From the NCBI RefSeq assembly GCF_009914755.1, contig NC_060943.1: 64,000 nucleotides of DNA; one strand, 5' to 3'. This DNA is from the human T2T-CHM13v2.0 reference genome, Homo sapiens. The position numbers and the translations under genes are program-made. How positions within the stretch are numbered: the stretch's first letter is position 1; every line of letters begins with the position of its first letter. Positions 26,541-40,200 of this stretch are shown here, in pieces. Under the pieces are notes generated by a model that was given only the letters and a program-made list of their open reading frames with translations, searched no databases and was not told the DNA's origin.

Positions 26541-29500
26541 AGAATGATTCTCAGAAACTCCTTTGTGATGTGTGCGTTCAACTCACAGAGTTCAACCTTT
26601 CTTTTCATAGAGCAGTTGGGAAACACTCTGTTTGTAAAGTCTGCAAGTGGATATTCAGACTTCTTTGAGGCCTTCGTTGGAAGCGGGATTTCTTCATATT
26701 CTGCTAGACAGAAGAATTCTCAGTAACTTCCTTGTGTTGTGTGTATTCAACTCACAGAGTTGAACGATCCTTTACACAGAGCAGACTTGAAACACTCTTT
26801 TTGTGGAATTTGCAAGTGGAGATTTCAGCCGCTTTGAGGTCAATGGTAGAATAGGAAATATCTTCCTATAGAAACTAGACAGAATGATTCTCAGAAACTC
26901 CTTTGTGATGTGTGCGTTCAACTCACAGAGTTTAACCTTTCTTTTCATAGAGCAGTTAGGAAACACTCTGTTTGTAAAGTCTGCAAGTGGATATTCAGAC
27001 ATCCTTGAGGCTTTCGTTGGAAGCGGGATTTCTTCATATTCTGCTAGAAAGAACAATTCTCAGTAACTTCCTTGTGTTATGTGTATTCAACTCACAGAGT
27101 TGAATGATCCTTTACACAGAACAGTCTTGAAACACTCTTTTTGTGGAATTTGCAAGTGGAGATTTCAGCCGCTTTGAGGTCAATGGTAGAATAGGAAATA
27201 TCTTCCTATAGAAACTAGACAGAATGATTCTCAGAAACTCCTTTGTGATGTGTGCGTTCAACTCACAGAGTTTAACCTTTCTTTTCATAGAGCAGTTAGG
27301 AAACACTCTGTTTGTAAAGTCTGCAAGTGGATATTCAGACATCTTTGAGGCTTTCGTTGGAAACGGGATTTCTTCATATTCTGCTAGACAGAAGAATTCT
27401 CAGAAACTTCGTTGTGTTGTGTGTTTTCAACTGACAGAGTTCAACGATCCTTTACACAGAGTAGACTTGAAACACTCTTTTTGTGGAATTGGCAGGGTGG
27501 AGATTTCAGCCGCTTTGAGGTCAATGGTAGAAAAGGAAATATCTTCGTATAAAAACTAGACAGAGTGATTCTCAGAAACTCCTTTGTGATGTCTGCGTTC
27601 AACTCACGGAGTTTAACCTTTCTTTTCATAGAGCAGTTAGGAAACACTCTGTTTGTAAAGTCTGCAAGTGGATATTCAGACCTCTTTGAGGCCTTCTTTG
27701 GAAACGGGATTTCTTCATATTATGCTAGACAGAAGAATTCTCAGTAACTTCCTTGTGTTGTGTGTATTCAACTCACAGAGTTGAACGATCCTTTACACAG
27801 AGCAGACTTGAAACACTCTTTTTGTGGAATTTGCAAGTGGAGATTTCAGCCGCTTTGAGGTCAATGGTAGAAAAGGAAATATCTTCGTATAAAAACTAGA
27901 CAGAATGATTCTCAGAAACTCCTTTGTGATGTGTGCGTTCAACTCACAGAGTTTAACCTTTCTTTTCATAGAGCAGTTAGGAAACACTCTGTTTGTAAAG
28001 TCTGCAAGTGGATATTCAGACCTCCTTGAGGCCTTCGTTGGAAACGGGGTTTCTTCATATTATGCTAGACAGAAGAATTCTCAGTAACTTCCTTGTGTTG
28101 TGTGTATTCAACTCACAGAGTTGAACGATCCTTTACACAGAGCAGACTTGAAACACTCTTTTTGTGGAATTTGCAAGTGGAGATTTCAGCCGCTTTGAGT
28201 TCAATGGTAGAATAGGAAATATCTTCCTATAGAAACTAGACAGAATGATTCTCAGAAACTCCTTTGTGATGTGTGCGTTCAACTCACAGAGTTCAACCTT
28301 TCTTTTCATAGAGCAGTTGGGAAACACTCTGTTTGTAAAGTCTGCAAGTGGATATTCAGACTTCTTTGAGGCCATCGTTGGAAGCGGGATTTCTTCATAT
28401 TCTGCTAGACAGAAGAATTCTCAGTAACTTCCTTGTGTTGTGTGTATTCAACTCACAGAGTTGAACGATCCTTTACACAGAGCAGACTTGAAACACTCTT
28501 TTTGTGGAATTTGCAAGTGGAGATTTCAGCCGCTTTGAGGTCAATGGTAGAATAGGAAATATCTTCCTATAGAAACTAGACAGAATGATTCTCAGAAACT
28601 CCTTTGTGATGTGTGCGTTCAACTCACAGAGTTTAACCTTTCTTTTCATAGAGCAGTTAGGAAACACTCTGTTTGTAAAGTCTGCAAGTGGATATTCAGA
28701 CCTCCTTGAGGCCTTCGTTGGAAACGGGATTTCTTCATATTATGCTACACAGAAGAATTCTCAGTAACTTCCTTGTGTTGTGTGTATTCAACTCACAGAG
28801 TTGAACGATCGTTTACACAGAGCAGACTTGAGACACTCTTTTTGTGGAATTTGTAATTGGAGATTTCAGCCGCTTTGAGGTCAACGGTAGAAAAGGAAAT
28901 ATCTTCATATAAAAACTAGACAGAATGATTCTCAGAAACTCCTTTGTGATGTGTGCGTTCAACTCACAGAGTTCAACCTTTCTTTTCATAGAGCAGTTGG
29001 GAAACACTCTGTTTGTAAAGTCTGCAAGTGGATATTCAGACTTCTTTGAGGCCTTCGTTGGAAGCGGGATTTCTTCATATTCTGCTAGACAGAAGAATTC
29101 TCAGTAACTTCCTTGTGTTGTGTGTATTCAACTCACAGAGTTGAACGATCCTTTACACAGAGCAGACTTGAAACACTCTTTTTGTGGAATTTGCAAGTGG
29201 AGATTTCAGCCGCTTTGAGGTCAATGGTAGAATAGGAAATATCTTCCTATAGAAACTAGACAGAATGATTCTCAGAAACTCCTTTGTGATGTGTGCGTTC
29301 AACTCACAGAGTTTAACCTTTCTTTTCATAGAGCAGTTAGGAAACACTCTGTTTGTAAAGTCTGCAAGTGGATATTCAGACATCTTTGAGGCTTTCGTTG
29401 GAAACGGGATTTCTTCATATTCTGCTAGACAGAAGAATTCTCAGAAACTTCGTTGTGTTGTGTGTTTTCAACTCACAGAGTTCAACGATCCTTTACACAG

Positions 29501-32449
29501 AGTAGACTTGAAACACTCTTTTTGTGGAATTGGCAGGGTGGAGATTTCAGCCGCTTTGAGGTCAATGGTAGAAAAGGAAATATCTTCGTATAAAAACTAG
29601 ACAGAGTGATTCTCAGAAACTCCTTTGTGATGTCTGCGTTCAACTCACAGAGTTTAACCTTTCTTTTCATAGAGCAGTTAGGAAACACTCTGTTTGTAAA
29701 GTCTGCAAGTGGATATTCAGACCTCCTTGAGGCCTTCGTTGGAAACGGGATTTCTTCATATTCTGCTATACAGAAGAATTCTCAGAAACTTCCTTGTGTT
29801 GTGTGTATTCAACTCACACAGTTGAACGATCGTTTACACAGAGCAGACTTGAGACACTCTTTTTGTGGAATTTGTAAGTGGAGATTTCAGCCGCTTTGAG
29901 GTCAATGGTAGAAAAGGAAATATCTTCATATAAAAACTAGACAGAATGATTCTGAGAAACTCCTTTGTGATGGGTGCGTTCAACTCACAGAGTTTAACCT
30001 TTCTTTTAATAGAGCAGTTAGGAAACACTCTGTTTGTAAAGTCTGCAAGTGGATATTCAGACATCTTTGGGGCATTCGTTGGAAACGGGATTTCTTCATA
30101 TTCTGCTAGACAGAAGAATTCTCAGAAACTTCGTTGTGTTGTGTGTTTTCAACTCACAGAGTTGAACGATCCTTTACACAGAGTAGACTTGAAACACTCT
30201 TTTTGTGGAATTTGCAAGTGGAGATTTCAGCCGCTTTGAAGTCAATGGTAGAAAAGGAAATATCTTCGTATAAAAACTAGACAGAATGATTCTGAGAAAC
30301 TCTTTTGTGATGTGTGCGTTCAACTCACAGAGTTTAACCTTTCTTTTCATAGAGCAGTTAGGAAACACTCTGTTTGTAAAGTCTGCAAGTGGATATTCAG
30401 ACCTCCTTGAGGCCTTCGTTGGAAACGGGATTTCTTCATATTATGCTAGACAGAAGAATTCTCAGTAACTTCCTTGTGTTGTGTGTATTCAACTCACAGA
30501 GTTGAACGATCCTTTACACAGAGCAGACTTGAAACACTCTTTTTGTGAAATTTGCAAGTGGAGATTTCAGCCGCTTTGAGGTCAATGGTAGAATAGGAAA
30601 TATCTTCCTATAGAAACTAGACAGAATGATTCTGAGAAACTCCTTTGTGATGTGTGCGTTCAACTCACAGAGTTTAACCTTTCTTTTCATAGAGCAGTTA
30701 GGAAACACTCTGTTTGTAAAGTCTGCAAGTGGATATTCAGACATCCTTGAGGCATTTGTTGGAAACGGGATTTCTTCATATTCTGCTAGAAAGAAGAATT
30801 CTCAGTAACTTCCTTGTGTTGTGTGTATTCAACTCACAGAGTTGAATGATCCTTTACACAGAACAGTCTTGAAACACTCTTTTTGTGGAATTTGCAAGTG
30901 GAGATTTCAGCCGCTTTGAGGTCAATGGTAGAATAGGAAATATCTTCCTATAGAAACTAGACAGAATGATTCTCAGAAACTCCTTTGTGATGTGTGCGTT
31001 CAACTCACAGAGTTTAACCTTTCTTTTCATAGAGCAGTTAGGAAACACTCTGTTTGTAAAGTCTGCAAGTGGATATTCAGACATCTTTGAGGCTTTCGTT
31101 GGAAACGGGATTTCTTCATATTCTGCTAGACAGAAGAATTCTCAGAAACTTCGTTGTGTTGTGTGTTTTCAACTCACAGAGTTCAACGATCCTTTACACA
31201 GAGTAGACTTGAAACACTCTTTTTGTGGAATTGGCAGGGTGGAGATTTCAGCCGCTTTGAGGTCAATGGTAGAAAAGGAAATATCTTCGTATAAAAACTA
31301 GACAGAGTGATTCTCAGAAACTCCTTTGTGATGTCTGCGTTCAACTCACAGAGTTTAACCTTTCTTTTCATAGAGCAGTTAGGAAACACTCTGTTTGTAA
31401 AGTCTGCAAGTGGATATTCAGACCTCCTTGAGGCCTTCGTTGGAAACGGGATTTCTTCATATTCTGCTATACAGAAGAATTCTCAGAAACTTCCTTGTAT
31501 TGTGTGTATTCAACTCAGAGAGTTGAACGATCGTTTACACAGAGCAGACTAGAGACACTCTTTTTGTGGAATTTGTAAGTGGAGATTTCAGCCGCTTTGA
31601 GGTCAATGGTAGAAAAGGAAATATCTTCGTATACAAACTAGACAGAATGATTCTCAGAAACTCCTTTGTGATGTGTGCGTTCAACTCACAGAGTTTAACC
31701 TTTCTTTTCATAGAGCAGTTAGGAAACACTCTGTTTGTAAAGTCTGCAAGTGGATATTCAGACCTCTTTGAGGCCTTCGTTGGAAACGGGATTTCTTCAT
31801 ATTATGCTAGACAGAAGAATTCTCAGTAACTTCCTTGTGTTGTGTGTATTCAACTCACACAGTTGAATGATCCTTTACACAGAGCAGACTTGAAACACTC
31901 TTTTTGTGGAATTTGCAAGTGGAGATTTCAGCCGCTTTGAGTTCAATGGTAGAATAGGAAATATCTTCTTATAGAAACTAGACAGAATGATTCTCAGAAA
32001 CTCCTTTGTGATGTGTGCGTTCAACTCACAGAGTTCAACCTTTCTTTTCATAGAGCAGTTGGGAAACACTCTATTTGTAAAGTCTGCAAGTGGATATTCA
32101 GACTTCTTTGAGGCCTTCGTTGGAAGCGGGATTTCTTCATATTCTGCTTGACAGAAGAATTCTCAGTAACTTCCTTGTGTTGTGTGTATTCAACTCACAG
32201 AGTTGAACGATCCTTTACACAGAGCAGACTTGAAACACTCTTTTTGTGGAATTTGCAAGTGGAGATTTCAGCCGCTTTGAGGTCAATGGTAGAATAGGAA
32301 ATATCTTCCTATAGAAACTAGACAGAATGATTCTGAGAAACTCCTTTGTGATGTGTGCGTTCAACTCACAGAGTTTCACCTTTCTTTTCATAGAGCAGTT
32401 AGGAAACACTCTGTTTGTAAAGTGTGCAAGTGGATATTCAGACCTCCTT

Positions 32450-35400
32450 GAGGCCTTCGTTGGAAACGGGATTTCTTCATATTATGCTAGACAGAAGAAT
32501 TCTCAGTAACTTCCTTGTGTTGTGTGTATTCAACTCACAGAGTTGAACGATCCTTTACACAGAGCAGACTTGAAACACTCTTTTTGTGGAATTTGCAGGT
32601 GGAGATTTCAGCCGCTTTGTGTTCAATGGTAGAATAGGAAATATCTTCCTATAGAAACTAGACAGAATGATTCTCAGAAACTCCTTTGTGATGTGTGCGT
32701 TCAACTCACAGAGTTCAACCTTTCTTTTCATAGAGCAGTTGGGAAACACTCTGTTTGTAAAGTCTGCAAGTGGATAATCAGACTTCTTTGAGGCCTTCGT
32801 TGGAAGCGGGATTTCTTCATATTCTGCTAGACAGAAGAATTCTCAGTAACTTCCTTGTGTTGTGTGTATTCAACTCACAGAGTAGAACGATCCTTTACAC
32901 AGAGCAGACTTGAAACACTCTTTTTGTGGAATTTGCAAGTGGAGATTTCAGCCGCTTTGAGGTCAATGGTAGAATAGGAAATATCTTCCTATAGAAACTA
33001 GACAGAATGATTCTCAGAAACTCCTTTGTGATGTGTGCATTCAACTCACAGAGTTTAACCTTTCTTTTCATAGAGCAGTTAGGAAACACTCTGTTTGTAA
33101 AGTCTGCAAGTGGATATTCAGACATCCTTGAGGCTTTCGTTGGAAACGGGATTTCTTCATATTCTGCTAGACAGAAGAATTCTCAGAAACTTCGTTGTGT
33201 TGTGTGTTTTCAACTCACAGAGTTCAACGATCCTTTACACAGAGTAGACTTGAAACACTCTTTTTGTGGAATTGGCAGGGTGGAGATTTCAGCCGCTTTG
33301 AGGTCAATGGTAGAAAAGGAAATATCTTCGTATAAAAACTAGACAGAGTGATTCTCAGAAACTCCTTTGTGATGTCTGCGTTCAACTCACAGAGTTTAAC
33401 CTTTCTTTTCATAGAGCAGTTAGGAAACACTCTGTTTGTAAAGTCTGCAAGTGGATATTCAGACCTCCTTGAGGCCTTCGTTGGAAACGGGATTTCTTCA
33501 TATTCTGCTATACAGAAGAATTCTCAGAAACTTCCTTCTATTGTGTGTATTCAACTCACAGAGTTGAACGATCGTTTACACAGAGCAGACTAGAGACACT
33601 CTTTTTGTGGAATTTGTAAGTGGAGATTTCAGCCGCTTTGAGGTCAATGGTAGAAAAGGAAATATCTTCGTATAAAAACTAGACAGAATGATTCTCAGAA
33701 ACTCCTTTGTGATGTGTGCGTTCAACTCACAGAGTTTAACCTTTCTTTTCATAGAGCAGTTAGGAAACACTCTGTTTGTAAAGTCTGCAAGTGGATATTC
33801 AGACATCCTTGAGGGTTTCGTTGGAAACGGGATTTCTTCATATTCTGCTAGAAAGAAGAATTCTCAGTAACTTCCTTGTGTTGTGTGTATTCAACTCACA
33901 GAGTTGAATGATCCTTTACACAGAACAGTCTTGAAACACTCTTTTTGTGGAATTTGCAAGTGGAGATTTCAGCCGCTTTGAGGTCAATGGTAGAATAGGA
34001 AATACCTTCCTATAGAAACTAGACAGAATGATTCTCAGAAACTCCTTTGTGATGTGTGCGTTCAACTCACAGAGTTTAACCTTTCTTTTCATAGAGCAGT
34101 TAGGAAACACTCTGTTTGTAAAGTCTGCAAGTGGATATTCAGACATCTTTGAGGCTTTCGTTGGAAACGGGATTTCTTCATATTCTGCTAGACAGAAGAA
34201 TTCTCAGAAACTTCGTTGTGTTGTGTGTTTTCAACTCACAGAGTTCAACGATCCTTTACACAGAGCAGACTTGAAACACTCTTTTTGTGGAATTGGCAGG
34301 GTGGAGATTTCAGCCGCTTTGAGGTCAATGGTAGAAAAGGAAATATCTTCGTATAAAAACTAGACAGAGTGATTCTCAGAAACTCCTTTGTGATGTCTGC
34401 GTTCAACTCACAGAGTTTAACCTTTCTTTTCATAGAGCAGTTAGGAAACACTCTGTTTGTAAAGTCTGCAAGTGGATATTCAGACCTCCTTGAGGCCTTC
34501 GTTGGAAACGGGATTTCTTCATATTCTGCTATACAGAAGAATTCTCAGAAACTTCCTTGTGTTGTGTGTATTCAACTCACAGAGTTGAACGATCCTTTAC
34601 ACAGAGCAGACTTGAAACACTCTTTTTGTGGAAATTGCAAGTGGAGATTTCAGGCGCTTTGAGGTCAATGGTAGAAAAGGAAATATCTTCGTATAAAAAC
34701 TAGACAGAATGATTCTCAGAAACTCCTTTGTGATGTGTGCGTTCAACTCACAGAGTTTAACCTTTCTTTTCATAGAGCAGTTAGGAAACACTCTGTTTGT
34801 AAAGTCTGCAAGTGGATATTCAGACCTCCTTGAGGCCTTCGTTGGAAACGGGATTTCTTCATATTATGCTAGACAGAAGAATTCTCAGTAACTTCCTTGT
34901 GTTGTGTGTATTCAACTCACAGAGTTGAACGATCCTTTACACAGAGCAGACTTGAAACACTCTTTTTGTGGAATTTGCAGGTTGAGATTTCAGCCGCTTT
35001 GTGTTCAATGGTAGAATAGGAAATATCTTCCTATAGAAACTAGACAGAATGATTCTCAGAAACTCCTTTGTGATGTGTGCGTTCAACTCACAGAGTTCAA
35101 CCTTTCTTTTCATAGAGCAGTTGGGAAACACTCTGTTTGTAAAGTCTGCAAGTGGATAATCAGACTTCTTTGAGGCCTTCGTTGGAAGCGGGATTTCTTC
35201 ATATTCTGCTAGACAGAAGAATTCTCAGTAACTTCCTTGTGTTGTGTGTATTCAACTCACAGAGTTGAACGATCCTTTACAACGAGCAGACTTGAAACAC
35301 TCTTTTTGTGGAATTTGCAAGTGGAGATTTCAGCCGCTTTGAGGTCAATGGTAGAATAGGAAATATCTTCCTATAGAAACTAGACAGAATGATTCTCAGA

Positions 35401-37210
35401 AACTCTTTTGTGATGTGTGCGTTCAACTCACAGAGTTTAACCTTTCTTTTCATAGAGCAGTTAGGAAACACTCTGTTTGTAAAGTCTGCAAGTGGATATT
35501 CAGACATCCTTGAGGCTTTCGTTGGAAACGGGATTTCTTCATATTCTGCTAGACAGAAGAATTCTCAGAAACTTCGTTGTGTTGTGTGTTTTCAACTCAC
35601 AGAGTTCAACGATCCTTTACACAGAGTAGACTTGAAACACTCTTTTTGTGGAATTGGCAGGGTGGAGATTTCAGCCGCTTTGAGGTCAATGGTAGAAAAG
35701 GAAATATCTTCGTATAAAAACTAGACAGAGTGATTCTCAGAAACTCCTTTGTGATGTCTGCGTTCAACTCACAGAGTTTAACCTTTCTTTTCATAGAGCA
35801 GTTAGGAAACACTCTGTTTGTAAAGTCTGCAAGTGGATATTCAGACCTCCTTGAGGCCTTCGTTGGAAACGGGATTTCTTCATATTCTGCTATACAGAAG
35901 AATTCTCAGAAACTTCCTTCTATTGTGTGTATTCAACTCACAGAGTTGAACGATCGTTTACACAGAGCAGACTAGAGACACTCTTTTTGTGGAATTTGTA
36001 AGTGGAGATTTCAGCCGCTTTGAGGTCAATGGTAGAAAAGGAAATATCTTCGTATAAAAACTAGACAGAATGATTCTCAGAAACTCCTTTGTGATGTGTG
36101 CGTTCAACTCACAGAGTTTAACCTTTCTTTTCATAGAGCAGTTAGGAAACACTCTGTTTGTAAAGTCTGCAAGTGGATATTCAGACATCCTTGAGGGTTT
36201 CGTTGGAAACGGGATTTCTTCATATTCTGCTAGAAAGAAGAATTCTCAGTAACTTCCTTGTGTTGTGTGTATTCAACTCACAGAGTTGAATGATCCTTTA
36301 CACAGAACAGTCTTGAAACACTCTTTTTGTGGAATTTGCAAGTGGAGATTTCAGCCGCTTTGAGGTCAATGGTAGAATAGGAAATACCTTCCTATAGAAA
36401 CTAGACAGAATGATTCTCAGAAACTCCTTTGTGATGTGTGCGTTCAACTCACAGAGTTTAACCTTTCTTTTCATAGAGCAGTTAGGAAACACTCTGTTTG
36501 TAAAGTCTGCAAGTGGATATTCAGACATCTTTGAGGCTTTCGTTGGAAACGGGATTTCTTCATATTCTGCTAGACAGAAGAATTCTCAGAAACTTCGTTG
36601 TGTTGTGTGTTTTCAACTCACAGAGTTCAACGATCCTTTACACAGAGTAGACTTGAAACACTCTTTTTGTGGAATTGGCAGGGTGGAGATTTCAGCCGCT
36701 TTGAGGTCAATGGTAGAAAAGGAAATATCTTCGTATAAAAACTAGACAGAGTGATTCTCAGAAACTCCTTTGTGATGTCTGCGTTCAACTCACAGAGTTT
36801 AACCTTTCTTTTCATAGAGCAGTTAGGAAACACTCTGTTTGTAAAGTCTGCAAGTGGATATTCAGACCTCCTTGAGGCCTTCGTTGGAAACGGGATTTCT
36901 TCATATTCTGCTATACAGAAGAATTCTCAGAAACTTCCTTGTGTTGTGTGTATTCAACTCACAGAGTTGAACGATCCTTTACACAGAGCAGACTTGAAAC
37001 ACTCTTTTTGTGGAAATTGCAAGTGGAGATTTCAGGCGCTTTGAGGTCAATGGTAGAAAAGGAAATATCTTCGTATAAAAACTAGACAGAATGATTCTCA
37101 GAAACTCCTTTGTGATGTGTGCGTTCAACTCACAGAGTTTAACCTTTCTTTTCATAGAGCAGTTAGGAAACACTCTGTTTGTAAAGTCTGCAAGTGGATA
37201 TTCAGACCTC
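32450..37210 (+). repeat. 2382-bp (7-dimer) tandem duplication
   Basis: Marker pairs 33348/35730, 33688/36070, 34028/36410 and 34369/36751 all lie exactly 2382 bp apart. Confidence 0.88.
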
Positions 37211-40200
37211 CTTGAGGCCTTCGTTGGAAACGGGATTTCTTCATATTCTGCTAGACAGAAGAATTCTCAGTAACTTCCTTGTGTTGTGTGTATTCAACTC
37301 ACAGAGTTGAACGATCCTTTACACAGAGCAGACTTGAAACACTCTTTTTGTGGAATTTGCAAGTGGAGATTTCAGCCGCTTTGAGTTCAATGGTAGAATA
37401 GGAAATATCTTCCTATAGAAACTAGAGAGAATGATTCTCAGAAACTCCTTTGTGATGTGTGCGTTCAACTCACAGAGTTCAACCTTTCTTTTCATAGAGC
37501 AGTTGGGAAACACTCTGTTTGTAAAGTCTGCAAGTGGATATTCAGACTTCTTTGAGGCCTTCGTTGGAAGCGGGATTTCTTCATATTCTGCTAGACAGAA
37601 GAATTCTCAGTAACTTCCTTGTGTTGTGTGTATTCAACTCACAGAGTTGAACGATCCTTTACACAGAGCAGACTTGAAACACTCTTTTTGTGGAATTTGC
37701 AAGTGGAGATTTCAGCCGCTTTGAGGTCAATGGTAGAATAGGAAATATCTTCCTATAGAAACTAGACAGAATGATTCTCAGAAACTCCTTTGTGATGTGT
37801 GCGTTCAACTCACAGAGTTTAACCTTTCTTTTCATAGAGCAGTTAGGAAACACTCTGTTTGTAAAGTCTGCAAGTGGATATTCAGACATCCTTGAGGCTT
37901 TCGTTGGAAACGGGATTTCTTCATATTCTGCTAGACAGAAGAATTCTCAGTAACTTCCTTGTGTTGTGTGTATTCAACTCACAGAGTTGAACGATCCTTT
38001 ACACAGAGCAGACTTGAAACACTCTTTTTGTGGAATTTGCAAGTGGAGATTTCAGCCGCTTTGAGGTCAATGGTAGAATAGGAAATATCTTCCTATAGAA
38101 ACTAGACAGAATGATTCTCAGAAACTCCTTTGTGATGTGTGCGTTCAACTCACAGAGTTTAACCTTTCTTTTCATAGAGCAGTTAGGAAACACTCTGTTT
38201 GTAAAGTCTGCAAGTGGATATTCAGACATCCTTGAGGCCTTCGTTGGAAACGGGATTTCTTCATGTTCTGCTAGACAGAAGAATTCTCAGAAACTTCCTT
38301 GTGTTGTGTGTTTTCAACTCACAGAGTTGAACGATGCTTTACACAGAGTAGACTTGAAACACTCTTTTTGTGTAATTTGCAAGTAGAGATTTCAGCCGCT
38401 TTGAGGTCAACGGTAGAAAAGGAAATATCTTCGTATAAAAACTAGACAGAATGATTCTCAGAAACTCCTTTGTGATGTGTGCGTTCAACTCACAGAGTTT
38501 AACCTTTCTTTTCATAGAGCAGTTAGGAAACACTCTGTTTGTAAAGTCTGCAAGTGGATATTCAGACCTCTTTGAGGCCTTCGTTGGAAACGGGATTTCT
38601 TCATATTATGCTAGACAGAAGAATTCTCAGTAACTTCCTTGTGTTGTGTGTATTCAACTCACAGAGTTGAACGATCCTTTACACAGAGCAGACTTGAAAC
38701 ACTCTTTTTGTGGAAATTGCAAGTGGAGATTTCAGCCGCTTTGAGGTCAATGGTAGAAAAGGAAATATCTTCGTATAAAAACTAGACACAATGATTCTCA
38801 GAAACTCCTTTGTGATGTGTGCGTTCAACTCACAGAGTTTAACATTTCTTTTCATAGAGAAGTTAGGAAACACTCTGTTTGTAAAGTCTGCAAGTGGATA
38901 TTCAGACCTCCTTGAGGCCTTCGTTGGAAACGGGATTTCTTCATATTATGCTAGACAGAAGAATTCTCAGTAACTTCCTTGTGTTGTGTGTATTCAACTC
39001 ACAGAGTTGAACGATCCTTTACACAGAGCAGACTTGAAACACTCTTTTTGTGGAATTTGCAAGTGGAGATTTCAGCCGCTTTGAGGTCAATGGTAGAATA
39101 GGAAATATCTTCCTATAGAAACTAGACAGAATGATTCTCAGAAACTCCTTTGTGATGTGTGCGTTCAACTCACAGAGTTTAACCTTTCTTTTCATAGAGC
39201 AGTTAGGAAACACTCTGTTTGTAAAGTCTGCAAGTGGATATTCAGACATCCTTGAGGCTTTCGTTGGAAGCGGGATTTCTTCATATTCTGCTTGACAGAA
39301 GAATTCTCAGTAACTTCCTTGTGTTGTGTATTCAACTCACAGAGTTGAACGATCCTTTACACAGAGCAGACTTGAAACACTCTTTTTGTGGAATTTGCAA
39401 GTGGAGATTTCAGCCGCTTTGAGGTCAATGGTAGAAAAGGAAATGTCTTCGTATGAAAACTAGACAGAATGATTCTCAGAAACTCCTTTGTGATGTGTGC
39501 GTTCAACTCACAGAGTTTAACCTTTCTTTTCATAGAGCACTTAGGAAACACTCTGTTTGTAAAGTCTGCAAGTGGATATTCAGACCTCTTTGAGGCCTTC
39601 GTTGGAAACGGGATTTCTTCATATTCTGCTAGAGAGAAGAATTCTCAGTAACTTCATTGTGTTGTGTGTATTCAACTCACAGATTTCAACGATCCTTTAC
39701 ACAGAGCAGACTTGAAACACTCTTTTTGTGGAATTTGCAATTGGAGATTTCAGCCGCTTTGAGGTCAATGGTAGAATAGGAAATATCTTCCTATAGAAAC
39801 TAGACAGAATGATTCTCAGAAACTCCTTTGTGATGTGTGCATTCAACTCACAGAGTTTAACCTTTCTTTTCATAGAGCAGTTAGGAAACACTCTGTTTGT
39901 AAAGTCTGCAAGTGGATATTCAGAACTCCTTGAGGCCTTCGTTGGAAACGGGATTTCTACATATTATGCTATACAGAAGAATTCTCAGTAACTTCCTTGT
40001 GTTGTGTGTATTCAACTCACAGAGTTGAACGATCCTTTACACAGAGCAGACTTGAAACACTCTTTTTGTGGAATTTGCAAGTGGAGATTTCAGCCTCTTT
40101 GAGGTCAATGGTAGAATAGGAGATATCTTCCTATAGAAACTAGACAGAATGATTCTGAGAAACTCCTTTGTGATGTGTGCATTAAACTCACAGAGTTTAA

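Noticed and set aside
35281-35284. Adjacent-base swap (acag to aacg), with a similar caag to caga change at about 22392
   Set aside because: These are isolated dinucleotide changes that cannot be distinguished from sequencing or consensus error without reads.
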